Positions 25,035 to 37,754 of a DNA stretch of 64,000 bases are shown here, piece by piece. The stretch spans positions 248,001-312,000 of the forward strand of contig NIVC01000291.1 of NCBI GenBank assembly GCA_002269645.1, written 5' to 3'. The position numbers and the translations under genes were made by a program. The notes beneath the pieces were generated by a model that worked only from the letters and a program-made list of their open reading frames with translations, was not told the DNA's origin and searched no databases. How positions within the stretch are numbered: the first letter of the stretch is position 1; each line of letters opens with the position of its first letter. This DNA comes from Macrostomum lignano. Taxonomy: Eukaryota.

Positions 25035-27116
25035 GTCGCTGACATCCTGGCACATCTCTGTTCGCATCTCATCGGATTGACCTGCACGATCGTTAATTCC
25101 ACTGCCGTACTCCTGGAGGTCTGCAACAGAGCTGCGGCACCACACGCTCCGACAGCAGCCCACCTACTGGCTGCAGCAGCGCTCATCGCGGTTCTGATGG
25201 CCATTCAGATTTGGTCCATCGTGGAAATCGTCCAGGTCACTCGTAATTATGCTTTCTTGATTCGGAGTCAGGGCCAACTTACTAGTATGTGTGTCATCAA
25301 AAGACTTAGGTGGCAAAAAAAGCGCAAAGAAGCAGGTCCTATCACCCTTAACTTAGGCGTTGATCGACAGTCGAGGTGCTCAACCGAATATGAACAATCA
25401 CAAGAGGTGGAGAATGTTCAACTGGCTCAATTAAAGCCTCATGATGAAACAAACTTTGCTTCAATGACTGCTGAGACGCCTGGCGAAATTCAGAGCCAAC
25501 TTGCCAACTTAATCGGTACTCAGAGCCAAGCCGCGGGGACTGGGGCGCATCATCAGAGCCAGTCCAATGAAGCGCGAGCGGATCTTCTCAGCCAAGTCTC
25601 CGATTCTGGAGTCATGGCGACTCAGAGCCAAGCCGCGGGGACTGGGGCGCATCATCAGAGCCAGTCCAATGAAGCGCGAGCGGATCTTCTCAGCCAAGTC
25701 TCCGATTCTGGAGTCATGGCGACTCAGAGCCAAGCCGCGGGGACTGGGGCGCATCATCAGAGCCAGTCCAATGAAGCGCGAGCGGATCTTCTCAGCCAAG
25801 TCTCCGATTCTGGAGTCATGACGACTCAGAGCCAAGCCGCGGGGACTGGGGCGCATCATCAGAGCCAGTCCAATGAAGCGCGAGCGGATCTTCTCAGCCA
25901 AGTCTCCGATTCTGGAGTCATGGCGACTCAGAGCCAAGCCGCGGGGACTGGGGCGCATCATCAGAGCCAGTCCAATGAAGCGCGAGCGGATCTTCTCAGC
26001 CAAGTCTCCCATTCTGGAGTCATGGCGACTCAGAGCCAAGCCGCGGGGACTGGGGCGCATCATCAGAGCCAGTCCAATGAAGCGCGAGCGGATCTTCTCA
26101 GCCAAGTCTCCGATTCTGGAGTCATGGCGACTCAGAGCCAAGCCGCGGGGACTGGGGCGCATCATCAGAGCCAGTCCAATGAAGCGCGAGCGGATCTTCT
26201 CAGCCAAGTCTCCGATTCTGGAGTCATGGCGACTCAGAGCCAAGCCGCGGGGACTGGGGCGCATCATCAGAGCCAGTCCAATGAAGCGCGAGCGGATCTT
26301 GTGCGGCGGTGTCAAACCACAAACCGAAGCGAGCCAAGCAGGCAATCTTCCAGCCAAAGCATTCAAACTGTCGATGTGGTCTCTCAGAGCTACCAAAGTG
26401 CACCTGCTAAAGATTTGCCTCAGCCTGAAAGCAAAACGATTCTGCAGGAACGACGGGCCGACGTCTCAATTTCGTACGAAGAGGCTGCGCAGCCGCACTC
26501 TAACGAGCTCACTAATCACGTCAGCAGCGACCTTACTGCAATCAAAGGTACGGTGATTGAGAATAAAGATGACAAGTCGTTCGAGCCGGAGCTAAGCCTA
26601 TACCAGGGCCCCGATTCGCCCGAGCAGTTTTCCACGCTTGGAGAATTCAACTATAGCAGACATTTGCTGAGCGATGATTCAGCCGAAGCCGCAAGCATGC
26701 AGCTTGTTGCTGTTCAACTCTCAGCATATTTTATGTCTCAGTTCATGGCTGCGTTCTTCCTGCAGGCTGCTCAGTTTATTGCTGGGTCTAACGAGGTCAT
26801 TGCTGAATTGACGCCAGGGCATGGAGAGCAGCAGCTGCCGCCTTTACAGCCGCCGCAGCAACTACCATCAGATAATGCTCAGGACCCTGGAGATGCAGCT
26901 GGCGGCAGAGTCGAAGGCGGAGGCGGCAGCGGAGGCGGCGGTGGTGGCGGCGGTGGAGGCGGCGGTGGAGGCGGCGGTGGAGGCGGCGGTGGAGGCGGCG
27001 GTGGCGTGGGAGCAGCGGAACCTTCACAACTCCCTATAAGCCGTGGACCGATCTATATCCAGTATGGACAGGGTAGCCACATGCATTTCTACAACGGGCA
27101 GCCGCCGTCTTCTTGA
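25035..27116 (+). CDS. Unknown protein (last exon): hydrophobic segment, 34-aa tandem repeats, poly-Gly, short C-terminal tail
   Basis: Acceptor TTTCTTACAG|GTC in frame with a long ORF that stays open in unique sequence on both sides of the repeat; upstream exon not identified. Confidence 0.55.
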   Translation, partial: VADILAHLCSHLIGLTCTIVNSTAVLLEVCNRAAAPHAPTAAHLLAAAALIAVLMAIQIWSIVEIVQVTRNYAFLIRSQGQLTSMCVIKRLRWQKKRKEAGPITLNLGVDRQSRCSTEYEQSQEVENVQLAQLKPHDETNFASMTAETPGEIQSQLANLIGTQSQAAGTGAHHQSQSNEARADLLSQVSDSGVMATQSQAAGTGAHHQSQSNEARADLLSQVSDSGVMATQSQAAGTGAHHQSQSNEARADLLSQVSDSGVMTTQSQAAGTGAHHQSQSNEARADLLSQVSDSGVMATQSQAAGTGAHHQSQSNEARADLLSQVSHSGVMATQSQAAGTGAHHQSQSNEARADLLSQVSDSGVMATQSQAAGTGAHHQSQSNEARADLLSQVSDSGVMATQSQAAGTGAHHQSQSNEARADLVRRCQTTNRSEPSRQSSSQSIQTVDVVSQSYQSAPAKDLPQPESKTILQERRADVSISYEEAAQPHSNELTNHVSSDLTAIKGTVIENKDDKSFEPELSLYQGPDSPEQFSTLGEFNYSRHLLSDDSAEAASMQLVAVQLSAYFMSQFMAAFFLQAAQFIAGSNEVIAELTPGHGEQQLPPLQPPQQLPSDNAQDPGDAAGGRVEGGGGSGGGGGGGGGGGGGGGGGGGGGGGGGVGAAEPSQLPISRGPIYIQYGQGSHMHFYNGQPPSS
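25518..26299 (+). repeat. 102-bp tandem repeat (7 full copies plus 1 partial) in frame within the ORF
   Basis: Encodes TQSQAAGTGAHHQSQSNEARADLLSQVSDSGVMA. Confidence 0.95.
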
Positions 27117-27899
27117 CTGGACGTTGAGCTTCTGATGTTGAACGAAGGCATGTACGCGCGTACGGATCCAGTCGCTGGATTGAGAAGACAACAGGGATAA
27201 TGACAAGCTAGATGTGACATGCTTTATAGAAAAGACATCTTTCTGTTCTGATTAAACCAGAGATTTGTTCACTCAATGTAGATAAATGCGAATACAGAGG
27301 GAAAATGCACGTTAATTTACGAGTTTTTCAGCCGAAATTAACCTAAAAAGTGTCGGTGGTTAATTAACGTAAATTGCCTTTTTCAAAATTGTAACTGCAG
27401 TACATTAACCAACCAAAAGTAACTTTTCTTTCATTTAGTTTCAAGATTAACCCTTGTTTTCAACGGGGTGGTACAAACAGGCGTTATGACGCTCTGTGTA
27501 CGGGTAAGCTCGTTCTGGCGTGAGGACACGCAGATCTCGCGTTGCTCACAGAGATGTTGCGACACTGGTGCTTATACAGTGGGTACAGTATAAGAGTAAA
27601 GTATGGTATCCGCTCTCCTGGCGTTATGACGCTCTGTCTCTGGCAAGAAGGAAGCGCAGCCCTGCCTAGCAAGCTTCCCGGCAGAGAAGGAACAACTCCA
27701 AGCAGGCGGCTTGCCAGTGGCCGAGAAGCTGACGCGCTTTTATTTAGGTTCTCGACGGCAATAATACACCAATACGCGGGGCAGATTCGCTCGCAGGTCT
27801 CAAAACGGTGATGATCTCCTGATCTCTTGACTAAAAGCGATGTTTACTGTCTGTTTCCCTGACCCGTTCTGTATCACAAGGGGTCACAAAAAAGGGCGG

Positions 27900-28110
27900 G
27901 CGCAAGAGGGGAAAAAGGCGCATGGCAATAAATAGAAGCTTGGACGAACCACGCCGACGCAGCGATGCATGTCGCATTGGTGACTCGCTCGTCGCTGATC
28001 TTGAAGGCGGCGCGCAGCAGGCCAGTGTGCGCTCCCCGAACTCGCTGTTCAAGCGAGTCCATCAGCGACCAGGTTTCGGCGTTGTACAGCAGGATGGTCT
28101 TGACAACCGC
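27900..28110 (-). mobile_element. Second RTE-like RT fragment
   Basis: Homologous to 17080-17200; DSLEQRVRGAHTGLLRAAFKISDERVTNAT. Confidence 0.6.
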
Positions 28111-28609
28111 CTATGATGATTTGCATATAGCAGCCGATATGATCTTTAGTCCTAAATTCTACCTGTAGGTTCTTTCAGTCTGACAGCAGTTACCCAATCA
28201 CCTGCGGAAGTTTTTTTATCAGTTTAAACTGAAAGTAGCTTGTAGAAATCTCTTAAACAATCAACTTCAAGTCAAGTCCAGCTCATCCAGCTGCCTTACC
28301 GAGTTCCCAAGCCTCACAGTTCACCTGTCAATCATCGCCAGGCAGTCGGCGCTCCGGTGAAATTAAATGGCGCAGAGCTCGAGTCGCTCGCTGGTCGATG
28401 CGGCATTGATTTGCTGCTCAGCAACGACTCGAGCTGAGTAACTGGCAGGCTGGAAATTGCCCCAGTCTCTGTACTCCATCACTTGTTGCTTTGCGCCCAT
28501 TCGTTGCTGCTTCTGCCCGCAAGTACTGAAGATGTTCAGTCTGTGCCTCTGAGGCTCTCTGCTTTAATGCTTAGCTCAATTTGTTCTGATCGCCAGCTAA
28601 ATCTGCTTT

Positions 28610-29090
28610 CCATTCGTGCTCTTCTCTTCTCTCCCTCCTCTTCTGTCTTCTCTCCCTATATTCTCTTCTCTCTTCTCTCTCTCTTCTCTTCTGTCTTCTC
28701 TCCCTATTTTCTTCTCTCTTCTCTCTCTTCTCTCTCTCTTTCGCTTCTCTCTTCTCTCCCTCTTCTCTTCTCTCTCCCTCCTTATTCTCTTCTCTCTTCT
28801 CTCTCTTCTCTTCTCTTCTCTCCCTCCTCTTCTCTCTTCTCTCCCTATTCTCTTCTCTCTTCTCTCTCTCTTTCGCTTCTCTCTTCTCTCCCTCTTCTCT
28901 TCTCTCTCCCTCCCTATTCTCTTCTCTCTTCTCTCTCTTCTCTTCTCTTCTCTCCCTCCTCTTCTCTCTTCTCTCCCTATTCTCTTCTCTCTTCTCTCTC
29001 TTCTCTCTTCTCTCTCTCTTTCGCTTCTCTCTCTCCCTCTTCTCTACCTCTTTTTTCCCTCTTCCCACCCTCTTCTGACCCTCTTTTCTC
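28610..29090. repeat. Pyrimidine-rich tract paralogous to 17690-18855
   Basis: Same CT/CTT composition and same unique left flank. Confidence 0.9.
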
Positions 29091-30087
29091 CCTCTCCGAA
29101 GTGCACTTGAAATTTGCGTGCTTCTGTTCGCATGTCGGCATGCACTGTTTGACATGACTACGACAGTTCCGATAAAATCTCTGCAGACGTCGAACAGTAT
29201 TGGATGTGGTAAAATTACTTCTTTGTCAAGCAATTACACAGTGTCTGCGAATTGAACGCTCGCGAAATAAATAATCTGTGCACTTTTACGACTGAAGCGA
29301 TTTTGCGCAGTGCGTCGTGAAGTAAAAAATATTAATATTAATACGAGCGTATATTTAGCTCAGCACGAGGTCGTACTTGGGAAATTACATTTAAGCACTG
29401 CATGCAGTTTAGGAGTAGAGACCAGCGACAGCCAATCGTAGCGCGTTTAGGGAATGAAAATTTCTCTGCGGAGTGGGATGGCTGTCCAGGAGGGGTAAAG
29501 GGTTGGCGAAGGGTCAGAATGTACACTGAAGGCTGGCTGGGCTATCAACAGGCAGAATAGCTAAGTGTACATTGCAGTAATTTTCTGCCAGCCAATCAGA
29601 GTTGAGTCAGCTGTCATTTGATTAACGGGCGTATGAAAGTGTACTGTTGTCAATGGAGTTCAAATTTCTGTAATTGTCACAGACCTGGAATTGCTAGGAA
29701 TCTGATTCAGTTATATTGTATATATGAACAAGAAAGCGCACATGTTACTTATAAGAAGATTTGCCTCACAGCAAACTTCATTGAGATGGGAATTCTACGT
29801 CAGTTTTTTACAGAAAGTTTCTTCACCTTTTAAATCACTTCTTCAAATGTGAAAATAAAGCTTAGTGCTTTTTGCTTGCTGTAGGACTTTTGAAAATTCC
29901 AAATCTCCTAGCAAGCGCATACTGGCTTCATCAAATGTTAGTAAGCTGCTCAAGAAGACAAAACTTCGAGCCTCAAAACTGACAATCCCCTTCTCAACTA
30001 TGCATTTCCCCTTAAACCGTATTCTCCCACCAGTCCAAGTTTAGCCGCTCTTCATGCTCCAGAAGTCCTTGGCACGCAGGCGCCCGG

Positions 30088-31129
30088 CTACAGCTGCAGC
30101 CTGTAGCTCTTGCACTCGCACAGCAGGAAGCCGTCCATGGAGGTCTGGCGGCAGCGCGCGAACTGCCGGCGGCTCCTTGGGCTGTCGGGCTGGCCGTCCG
30201 CGGTGCACTCCGAGCCGCCGAAGCAGAGTAGCCGCAGGCAGCTGCAGGCGGACGTGGGCGAGGAGTTCCTGCAGTCCATGGGCTGCTGGGTGAGTCGGCG
30301 CAGCGGCATCCGGTAGTGCTCGAGCAGCTCCTCGCTGAACTGATCGAAGCTTCTGGCGAGGTGCTCGCCGTGCAACTGCTGCTGCTGCCGCGGCTGCACC
30401 GAGCGGCGCTCCTTCACACCGAACTTTTTCTTGAGCTTCATCAGGTGCTGCCGGTCTGAGCCGCCCGGGTTTGCTTCCTCGGATTCGTTATCGGATATCA
30501 GGCCGTCGTCTGCGGTTTGGGCAGTTGGAGGAGATGCCAGCGGTGTCTGGGGAGATGCCAGCGGAGCCTGGGGAGATGCCAGCGGAGCCTGGGGAGATGC
30601 CAACGGTGTCTGGGGAGATGCCAGCGGTGCCTGGGGAAATGCCAGCGGTGCCTGGGGAGATGCCAGCGGAGCCTGGGGAGATGCCAGCGGTGCCTGGGGA
30701 GATGCCAGCGGTGCCTGGGGAGATGCCAGCGGTGCCTGGGGAGATGCCAGCGGTGCCTGAGAAGATGCCAACGGAGTTTGGGGAGATGCCAGCGGTGCCT
30801 ACAGCGAGATATTTGAGCTGGACTGGGCGCGTATTTGAAGTGGGGTTGTCGGTGGGGTGTCAGTGGGGTGTCGGTGGGGTGTCGGTGGGGTGTCGGTGGG
30901 GTGTCAGTGGGGTGTCGGTGGGGTGTCGGTGGGGTTCGGTGAGGTGTCGGTTTGATAACTAGAGATGTATGGTCGTCGTTGGGATGCCAGTAAGATGTCT
31001 GGGATTCGGTTGATATTCAGGGGACGCAACTCAACGGTAAATGAAATTAATGAGTCAGGTCAGAGGGGGCTCACAGATGTTGAAGAAGCCGACCGCGCCG
31101 ATGAAGAGCAGCAGGCCGGCGGGGCGCAT
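30088..31129 (-). CDS. Secreted Cys-rich precursor protein 1 (exons 31075-31129 and 30088-30509; ~158 aa)
   Basis: Signal-like MRPAGLLLFIGAVGFFNI; phase-1 GT-AG join; KKK and RRS sites; C-x8-CSC-x4-CFG-x3-C...FxRC...LCECK. Confidence 0.7.
30530..30800. repeat. Intronic 21-bp minisatellite
   Basis: GATGCCAGCGG(T/A)GCCTGGGGA tandem copies. Confidence 0.9.
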
Positions 31130-31144
31130 GCCGTGATGCGGTGC

Positions 31145-31385
31145 CGCGTGCCGCAGCTCTGGTGCCGCAGCTCTGGTGCCGCAGCTCTGATGCCGCAGCT
31201 CTGATGCCGCAGCTCTGGCTCGGTGTACAGACGGCGGCTCGGGTGTACAAATGGCGGCTCGGGTGTACAGATGGCGGCTCGGGTGTACAGACGGCGGCTC
31301 GGGTGTACAAATGGCGGCTCGGGTGTACAGATGGCGGCTCGGGTGTACAGACGGCGGCTCGGGTGTACAGATGGCGGCTCGGCTG
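31145..31385. repeat. Short tandem arrays upstream of precursor 1
   Basis: GCCGCAGCTCTG(G/A)T copies followed by 20-bp GGCGGCTCGGGTGTACA(G/A)A(T/C) copies. Confidence 0.85.
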
Positions 31386-33256
31386 GTTCCGCTCGGATTT
31401 CCCACTGCCCGACCGAAGCGGAGCGGCTGCCTTCCGCCAATTTCAGCTTTCCGAGAAACTACAGAACGACAGATTGGTCAGACGCCATTCGTTGGCCGCC
31501 TGCCCTATCCATGGACTTTTAAGCCAATACCAATCTGGATTGGAAACAGCAGGCCCAGCTTCAATCAGCAGTTCGCGATGATCTTCACTTTCGCCTAAGC
31601 GCTTCGCATGAGTTCCGAAAAAAGCTTTTCCAGCCTGAGCGAGTCAGCCATCCGCGACTGCGACCTCCTGGAAAATATCAAGAACGCTTCAGCCAGCGAA
31701 GAAGCGCCCACTTCTTCTTTTTATGTTTGTCCATGGACTTTTAAAGCCCCCCCCCCCGGATGCTTGGCTTCAGTGTAGGATTCCACGGCTGCGGAGCGGG
31801 TGGCATGGGGGGCATGGGGGGTGGCATATGGCACCGGGGGGGCGCATAAGTGCCTGTCGCAGTGCTTGGCTGCGGCTGCGCCCAGGCCGGAGAGGCGGCA
31901 GGGCAGGCGGCCGCCCGGGTATTCCTGCCTGCAGCTTCGGCCCGGATGGGTCGCGGCGGCAGCTGCACAGAGTTGGAAATTGTGCAACAAATTAACTGCG
32001 ATACCCCCAGCAGCGGCGGGCGCAGCCATCATCCCAGCATGGAATTCTTCCCATCCCGGATCTGCGGGGGCACGGGGGACATTTCCCAGGAGGGCTGGCG
32101 GGTCAGGCAGCTGGATGGGAAATCGATGCAGCTTTATTGGCGGGCAATAATTTCCGAATTTTATTCGACCTCCCGCTGGGCTTCCCCAGCTGCAGCCCGA
32201 ACCGCTGTTCTGCTTTTCGATTTATGCGGTTGCGGGGGTAGCGCGGCTACCAAAGTCTGCCTGGCTCATGCTCAGCACCGCCCCTTGTAGCTCAGCTGCA
32301 ACTCATTTTTGTCTGGGCCTGTGGCTTCCTGCTTGCCGTTTTGGAGTTTTAGATGGATTTTCAAACATTATTACGTATTATTGTTATTATCTGCAACTGG
32401 AAGTTGACAGGGCCCAATAGCACCAATGGTGCCCCATGGCTACGAAAAGGAGAAGTGGAAAGGAAGTAAAAGAAGACAAAGAAAAAGAGAAGCCTAAAAA
32501 TTGATCAAGGCGGTCTGGTCTTTGAGACACTTGGCTCTTGCAAATGGATGGCTTGATGCCAGGATTAGCTAATGCTGCAGGTTGAGCATTCCATAATTTA
32601 CAGTAAGTGGGGAAGCACCGCTTTTGTTGCTCTGTTCTAGAGAAAGGAAGCCAATTAATTTGAAGCTGGAGCTAAAGGAGGTAGGGAGCTGCTGAAGCTC
32701 ACAGGAGCCTTGACGCCGCAGAAGTCCATGGACCAAAGCAAGTCCACCAACAGTCCTGCGAGTCCCAGGTCTATATGGACACTTTAAGAAGTCACCAATG
32801 ATCCTGGAAGCCTTCCGCTTGACAGATTTTAGTGAGAGCTGCGTTGCTACTTGCAGTAGAAGTCATTAAAATATGCACTTTAGATGCAAGGAATATAATT
32901 GCAGCGGTAGACTTCCACTCTGGTAAGGTGGATTTTATAATTAAGCTCGGTATTTCATGTCGTTAAAGACTTTCAGCAGCTTTCATTGGCTCGAATCCTC
33001 ACAGGAAAAAAGTTTTTGCATTGATCATTAGAAGATTCGCTTCGCATTCTTTATCTCTACTCGTAAGTAGCGAAACTCTTGTGTGCGTTATTTTGGGAAT
33101 CAATAAACTTTGACATGCAACTGACACTACCGTGCATCCAATGTGTCCTGTGTATAGCATTGAGAACATTGTGCGCAAGAGATTGACACGTCTGTCTTAT
33201 TCTTGCTGCAAATTGCAACATCGTGAAACCACAGCCCAAATCTTCTGGAAGATTTC

Positions 33257-34460
33257 AACTGGGGAAACTTCCTGTTGGGGAAGATTTCAGCTGGGGAAGA
33301 TTCCAGTTGGGGAAGATTCCAGTTGGGGAAGATTCCAGTTGGGGAAGATTCCAGTTGGGGAAGATTCCAGTTGGGGAAGATTCCAGTTGGGGAAACTTCC
33401 TGTTGGGGAAGATTCCAGTTAGGGAAGATTCCAGCTGGGGAAGATTCCAGTTGGGGAAGATTCCAGTTAGGGAAGATTCCAGCTGGGGAAGATTCCAGTT
33501 GGGGGAATATTCCAGTTGGGGAAGATTCCAGTTGAGGAAGATTCCAGCTGGGGAAGATTCCAGTTGGGGGAATATTCCAGTTGGGGAAGATTCCAGTTGG
33601 GGAATATTCCAGTTGGGGAAGATTCCAGTTGGGGAAACTTCCTGTTGGGGAAGATTCCAGTTGGGGAAGATTCCAGTTAGGGAAGATTCCAGTTGGGGAA
33701 GATTCCAGTTGGGGGAATATTCCAGTTGGGGAAGATTCCAGTTGAGGAAGATTCCAGCTGGGGAAGATTCCAGTTGGGGAAGATTCCAGCTGGGGAAGAT
33801 TCCAGTTGGGGGAATATTCCAGTTGGGGAAGATTCCAGTTGAGGAAGATTCCAGCTGGGGAAGATTCCAGTTGGGGAAGATTCCAGTAGGGGAAGACTCC
33901 AGTTGGGGAAGATTCTAGTTGGGGAAGATTCCAGTTAAGGAAGATTCCAGTTGGGGAAGATTCCAGCTGCGGAAGATTCCAGTTGGGGAAGATTCCAGTT
34001 GGGGAAGATTCCAGTTGGGGAAGATTCCAGTTGGGGAAGATTCCAGTTGGGGAAACTTCCTGTTGGGGAAGATTCCAGTTGGGGAAGATTCCAGCTGGGG
34101 AAGATTCCAGTTGAGGAAGACTCCAGTTGGGGAAGATTCTAGTTGGGGAAGATTCCAGTTAAGGAAGATTCCAGTTGGGGAAGATTCCAGCTGCGGAAGA
34201 TTCCAGTTGGGGAAGATTCCAGTTGGGGGAGATTCCAGTTGGGGAAGATTCCAGTTGGGGGAGATTCCAGTTGGGGAAGATTCCAGTTGGGGAAGACTCC
34301 AGTTGGGGAAGATTCTAGTTGGGGAAGATTCCAGTTGGGGAAGATTCCAGTTGGGGAAGACTCCAGTTGGGGAAGATTCCAGTTAAGGAAGATTCCAGTT
34401 GGGGAAGATTCCAGCTGCGGAAGATTCCAGTTGGGGAAGATTCCAGTTGGGGAAGACTCC
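33257..34460. repeat. 16-bp minisatellite array
   Basis: GGGGAAGATTCCAGTT tandem copies over ~1.2 kb. Confidence 0.95.
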
Positions 34461-34878
34461 AGCTTCGAGCTGCAGAGATTTGCACGATTTGACTCATTTG
34501 TTTATGACTCTCCGTCTGAAGCAGTTCTGTCGAGGAAAGCAGTTTTGGTTAATAAAAATTTTCAGGATTGTCCCAATAAGTAAAAAATCAGCCCCTGTTT
34601 ACGTCATGCTTTTATAATTTTCTCTCAGACCATCAAGAGAATACAGAAGTTAGCAATCATCCAGCGAGATTTTAACAGCAAATTGCAAAATTGTTCCAAA
34701 ATAATTTGCCCAATCAAGAGTAGAAAAGAAAAATCCAACATTTTATGCAATTGAGTAATAATACATGCAATAATTATTCCCAAAGTGGGCTCGGCATGTC
34801 TATAAAATGGGCGGCAGATCAGCACGGATTTCTCGCCATCGATCCCATCTTACATGCAGATCAGAGGCTCAGTGCACT

Positions 34879-35362
34879 AAGCTCTTGCTCAAGCACAAAG
34901 ACTGCTTAAGCACCGGCAAGCTCTTGCTCAAGCACAAAGACTGCTTAAGCACCGGCAAGCTCTTGCTCAAGCACAAAGACTGCTTAAGCACCGGCAAGCT
35001 CTTGCTCAAGCACAAAGACTGCTTAAGCACCGGCAAGCTCTTGCTCAAGCACAAAGACTGCTTAAGCACCGGCAAGCTCTTGCTCAAGCACAAAGACTGC
35101 TTAAGCACCGGCAAGCTCTTGCTCAAGCACAAAGACTGCTTAAGCACCGGCAAGCTCTTGCTCAAGCACAAAGACTGCTTAAGCACCGGCAAGCTCTTGC
35201 TCAAGCACAAAGACTGCTTAAGCACCGGCAAGCTCTTGCTCAAGCACAAAGACTGCTTAAGCACCGGCAAGCTCTTGCTCAAGCACAAAGACTGCTTAAG
35301 CACCGGCAAGCTCTTGCTCAAGCACAAAGACTGCTTAAGCACCGGCAAGCTCTTGCTCAAGC
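34879..35362. repeat. 39-bp minisatellite between a TATA box (34801) and the peptide-precursor ATG
   Basis: AAGCTCTTGCTCAAGCACAAAGACTGCTTAAGCACCGGC, ~12 near-identical copies. Confidence 0.95.
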
Positions 35363-35388
35363 AGACCACAAGCAGCGCCACGTCCGGC

Positions 35389-36338
35389 ATGAAGTTGACA
35401 GCCGCTCTCGCGCTGATCTGCCTGTCAGCGGTCGCATTGCAGCTCTGTGCCGCCCTGCCAGCAGCCAAAGACTCGGATGCCGTGGTAAGCAGAGCGTGAA
35501 GAGTTTATCGGGTGGAGATCAGTCACCCGAAAACTCCCACTTCCAAACCTTAAGCCTGGGAACAAAATTCAGTGATTACTTACCGGTGCGGCCCCTCTTC
35601 TTTGTCGGGCAGGTTCTCCGAGCTCGTTTCTTCGAATCTTCTTCCTCCGGAGTAGTCTTCTTGAGTTCTAAAATCGGCCGAATGTGAGAGCGTAACAATT
35701 CATTCCGTCGACGTTGAAGTATTCCTTGAGTGCAGAAGTCGATCAGTATGTTTCCTCGAGTGCCGAAATCAATATATGTCGGCCTTGAGTCGACCTTGAG
35801 CTCAAAACCGGTTTTTTGATGAGTTCACGAGGGAAATTTTATTACTTGACAGGGTTTTGAATAGAAAAGGGTGAGACTTGGGTCGCATTCAGGTTAACAT
35901 TTACCATATTTGGAAGTTCTAAAAATAGATGTCGAGAACCGGTTTTTCGGACAATAGCATAGTCACTCGCTGTTTGCGTGATATTGCTTGTATTACTAAA
36001 ATAGACTATGAAGCATAGCTATTTTTAAATTTGTATTCATACTTTTATCTTACTACTTCTAGTAGGCTATTATGTTTGGAGATCTCTACAAGCTCAGACT
36101 GAGTCCTTATCGATTTGGTTACTTAAAAATGGTGCATGAAAGCGCATCTGCGCAGCTCTGCATCCTCTGCTGCTCATCATTTCAGCAGCCAGCCTCGACG
36201 CTCAAGCAGCTGAGCGCAGTGGTTCCAAAGAAGGACCCTGCCCGGGACCGAGCTGCCCACTACCGACACGTTTGGACGGGAGTTCCTGTACATGTAGGCC
36301 GGATGGTGACGCGAGCTTGGCTCTCGCAGCTCGAATGA
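35389..36338 (+). CDS. Putative small secreted peptide precursor (exons 35389-35484 and 36186-36338; ~82 aa)
   Basis: Signal peptide MKLTAALALICLSAVALQLCAA; strong donor GTG|GTAAGC; acceptor ATTTCAG; KK and GR sites in exon 2. Confidence 0.55.
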
Positions 36339-36559
36339 AGGAAAAACTGTTAGGAACGGATCTTTAATGTTGTAAATTTATCAGCAAATATACAGTACGA
36401 CTGCGCCCTCGGAAGCTTCATGCATGACGCATTGCTGATTTTTGTCTTCAAAACACCATTCAATTGAAGCATAAATCACGTTTCTGAACTGCTTTTGTAC
36501 ATTTTTGAAGAGCTGCAGTTTTAACATCCTCAAACTTGTTTTAACACGCGTGGGCACTA

Positions 36560-37200
36560 CAGTGAAGTGAGCGCTGACCCCCAAGCACTGACCCCCAGCA
36601 CTGACCACCAAGCACTGACCCCCAAGCACTGACCCCCAGCACTGACCACCAAGCACTGACCCCCAAGCACTGACCACCAAGCACTGACCCCCAAGCACTG
36701 ACCACCAAGCACTGACCACTATACACTGAACACCACCAAGCACTGACCCCCAAGCACTGACCCCCAAGCACTGACCACCAAGCACTGACCACCAAGCACT
36801 GACCACCACCAAGCACTGAACACCAAGCACTGACCACCACCAAGCACTGAACACCAAGCACTGACCACCAAGCACTGACCACCACCAAGCACTGAACACC
36901 AAGCACTGACCACCAAGCACTGACCACCACCAAGCACTGAACACCAAGCACTGACCACCACCAAGCACTGACCACCACCAAGCACTGAACACCAAGCACT
37001 GAACACCAAGCACTGACCACCAAGCACTAAACACGAAGCACTGAACACCAAGCACTGAACACCAAGCACTGAACACCAAGCACTGACCACCAAGCACTAA
37101 ACACGAAGCACTGAACACCAAGCACTGAACACCAAGCACTGAACACCAAGCACTGAACACCAAGCACTGACTACTATACACTGAACACCACCAAGCACTG
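36560..37200. repeat. Minisatellite (CACCAAGCACTGA(A/C)-type)
   Basis: 14-17 bp variable units in tandem. Confidence 0.9.
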
Positions 37201-37754
37201 ACCGTCAGGCACTGAGGAAAAATGCCAAAAAAGCAAACACAACTCTGAAGTCACAGCAGCAGTTCGAGATAAGCTTGAATAAAACGCAGTGTTCAACTTT
37301 ATTTACAAAAAATATTTTCAATTTTTAATGTGAAAAATCTCAAAGTTGCAGTTGCTAAAACAAAAAACTAAGGACAAGCTAAATGTAGATTGCAGATTAG
37401 TGAAATAAATCACAGAACAAGGTTCAGAGACTAACAAACATGACTACACTACTCTTGCTAATAGTAGTATATAATGTAGCTTAAACATGTGCTGTGACTC
37501 CGTGAACGGCTGTGACTGTTACATGCAGAGTGAACAGCAGTGGACATTAGTTCTACAACAGTAATAATAACAGTAACTTGCGACAGCGGACTTCTAAAAA
37601 CTGACTAGACACAGCTTGTAAAGGACTGGAGCTTTTTGTGACAGACAAAAACAGCGAAATAAAAGCAAGCATAGCGACTCAAGGGGGAAAATCAGGAATA
37701 ATTTGTGACATGACAGGGAAATTGACAGCTCAGCTTTGACTGCGGGAGAATCTT

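Noticed and set aside
31450-32900. Possible decayed zinc-finger/retroelement N-terminus (repeated LKVHG-like motifs on the minus strand)
   Set aside because: Fragmented by stops, with no RT or endonuclease motif nearby; insufficient support.
34807-35388. 230-aa ORF with 13-aa repeats as the true N-terminus
   Set aside because: Its ATG is only 6 nt after the TATA box start, and the signal peptide begins at 35389; the repeat is more likely untranslated.
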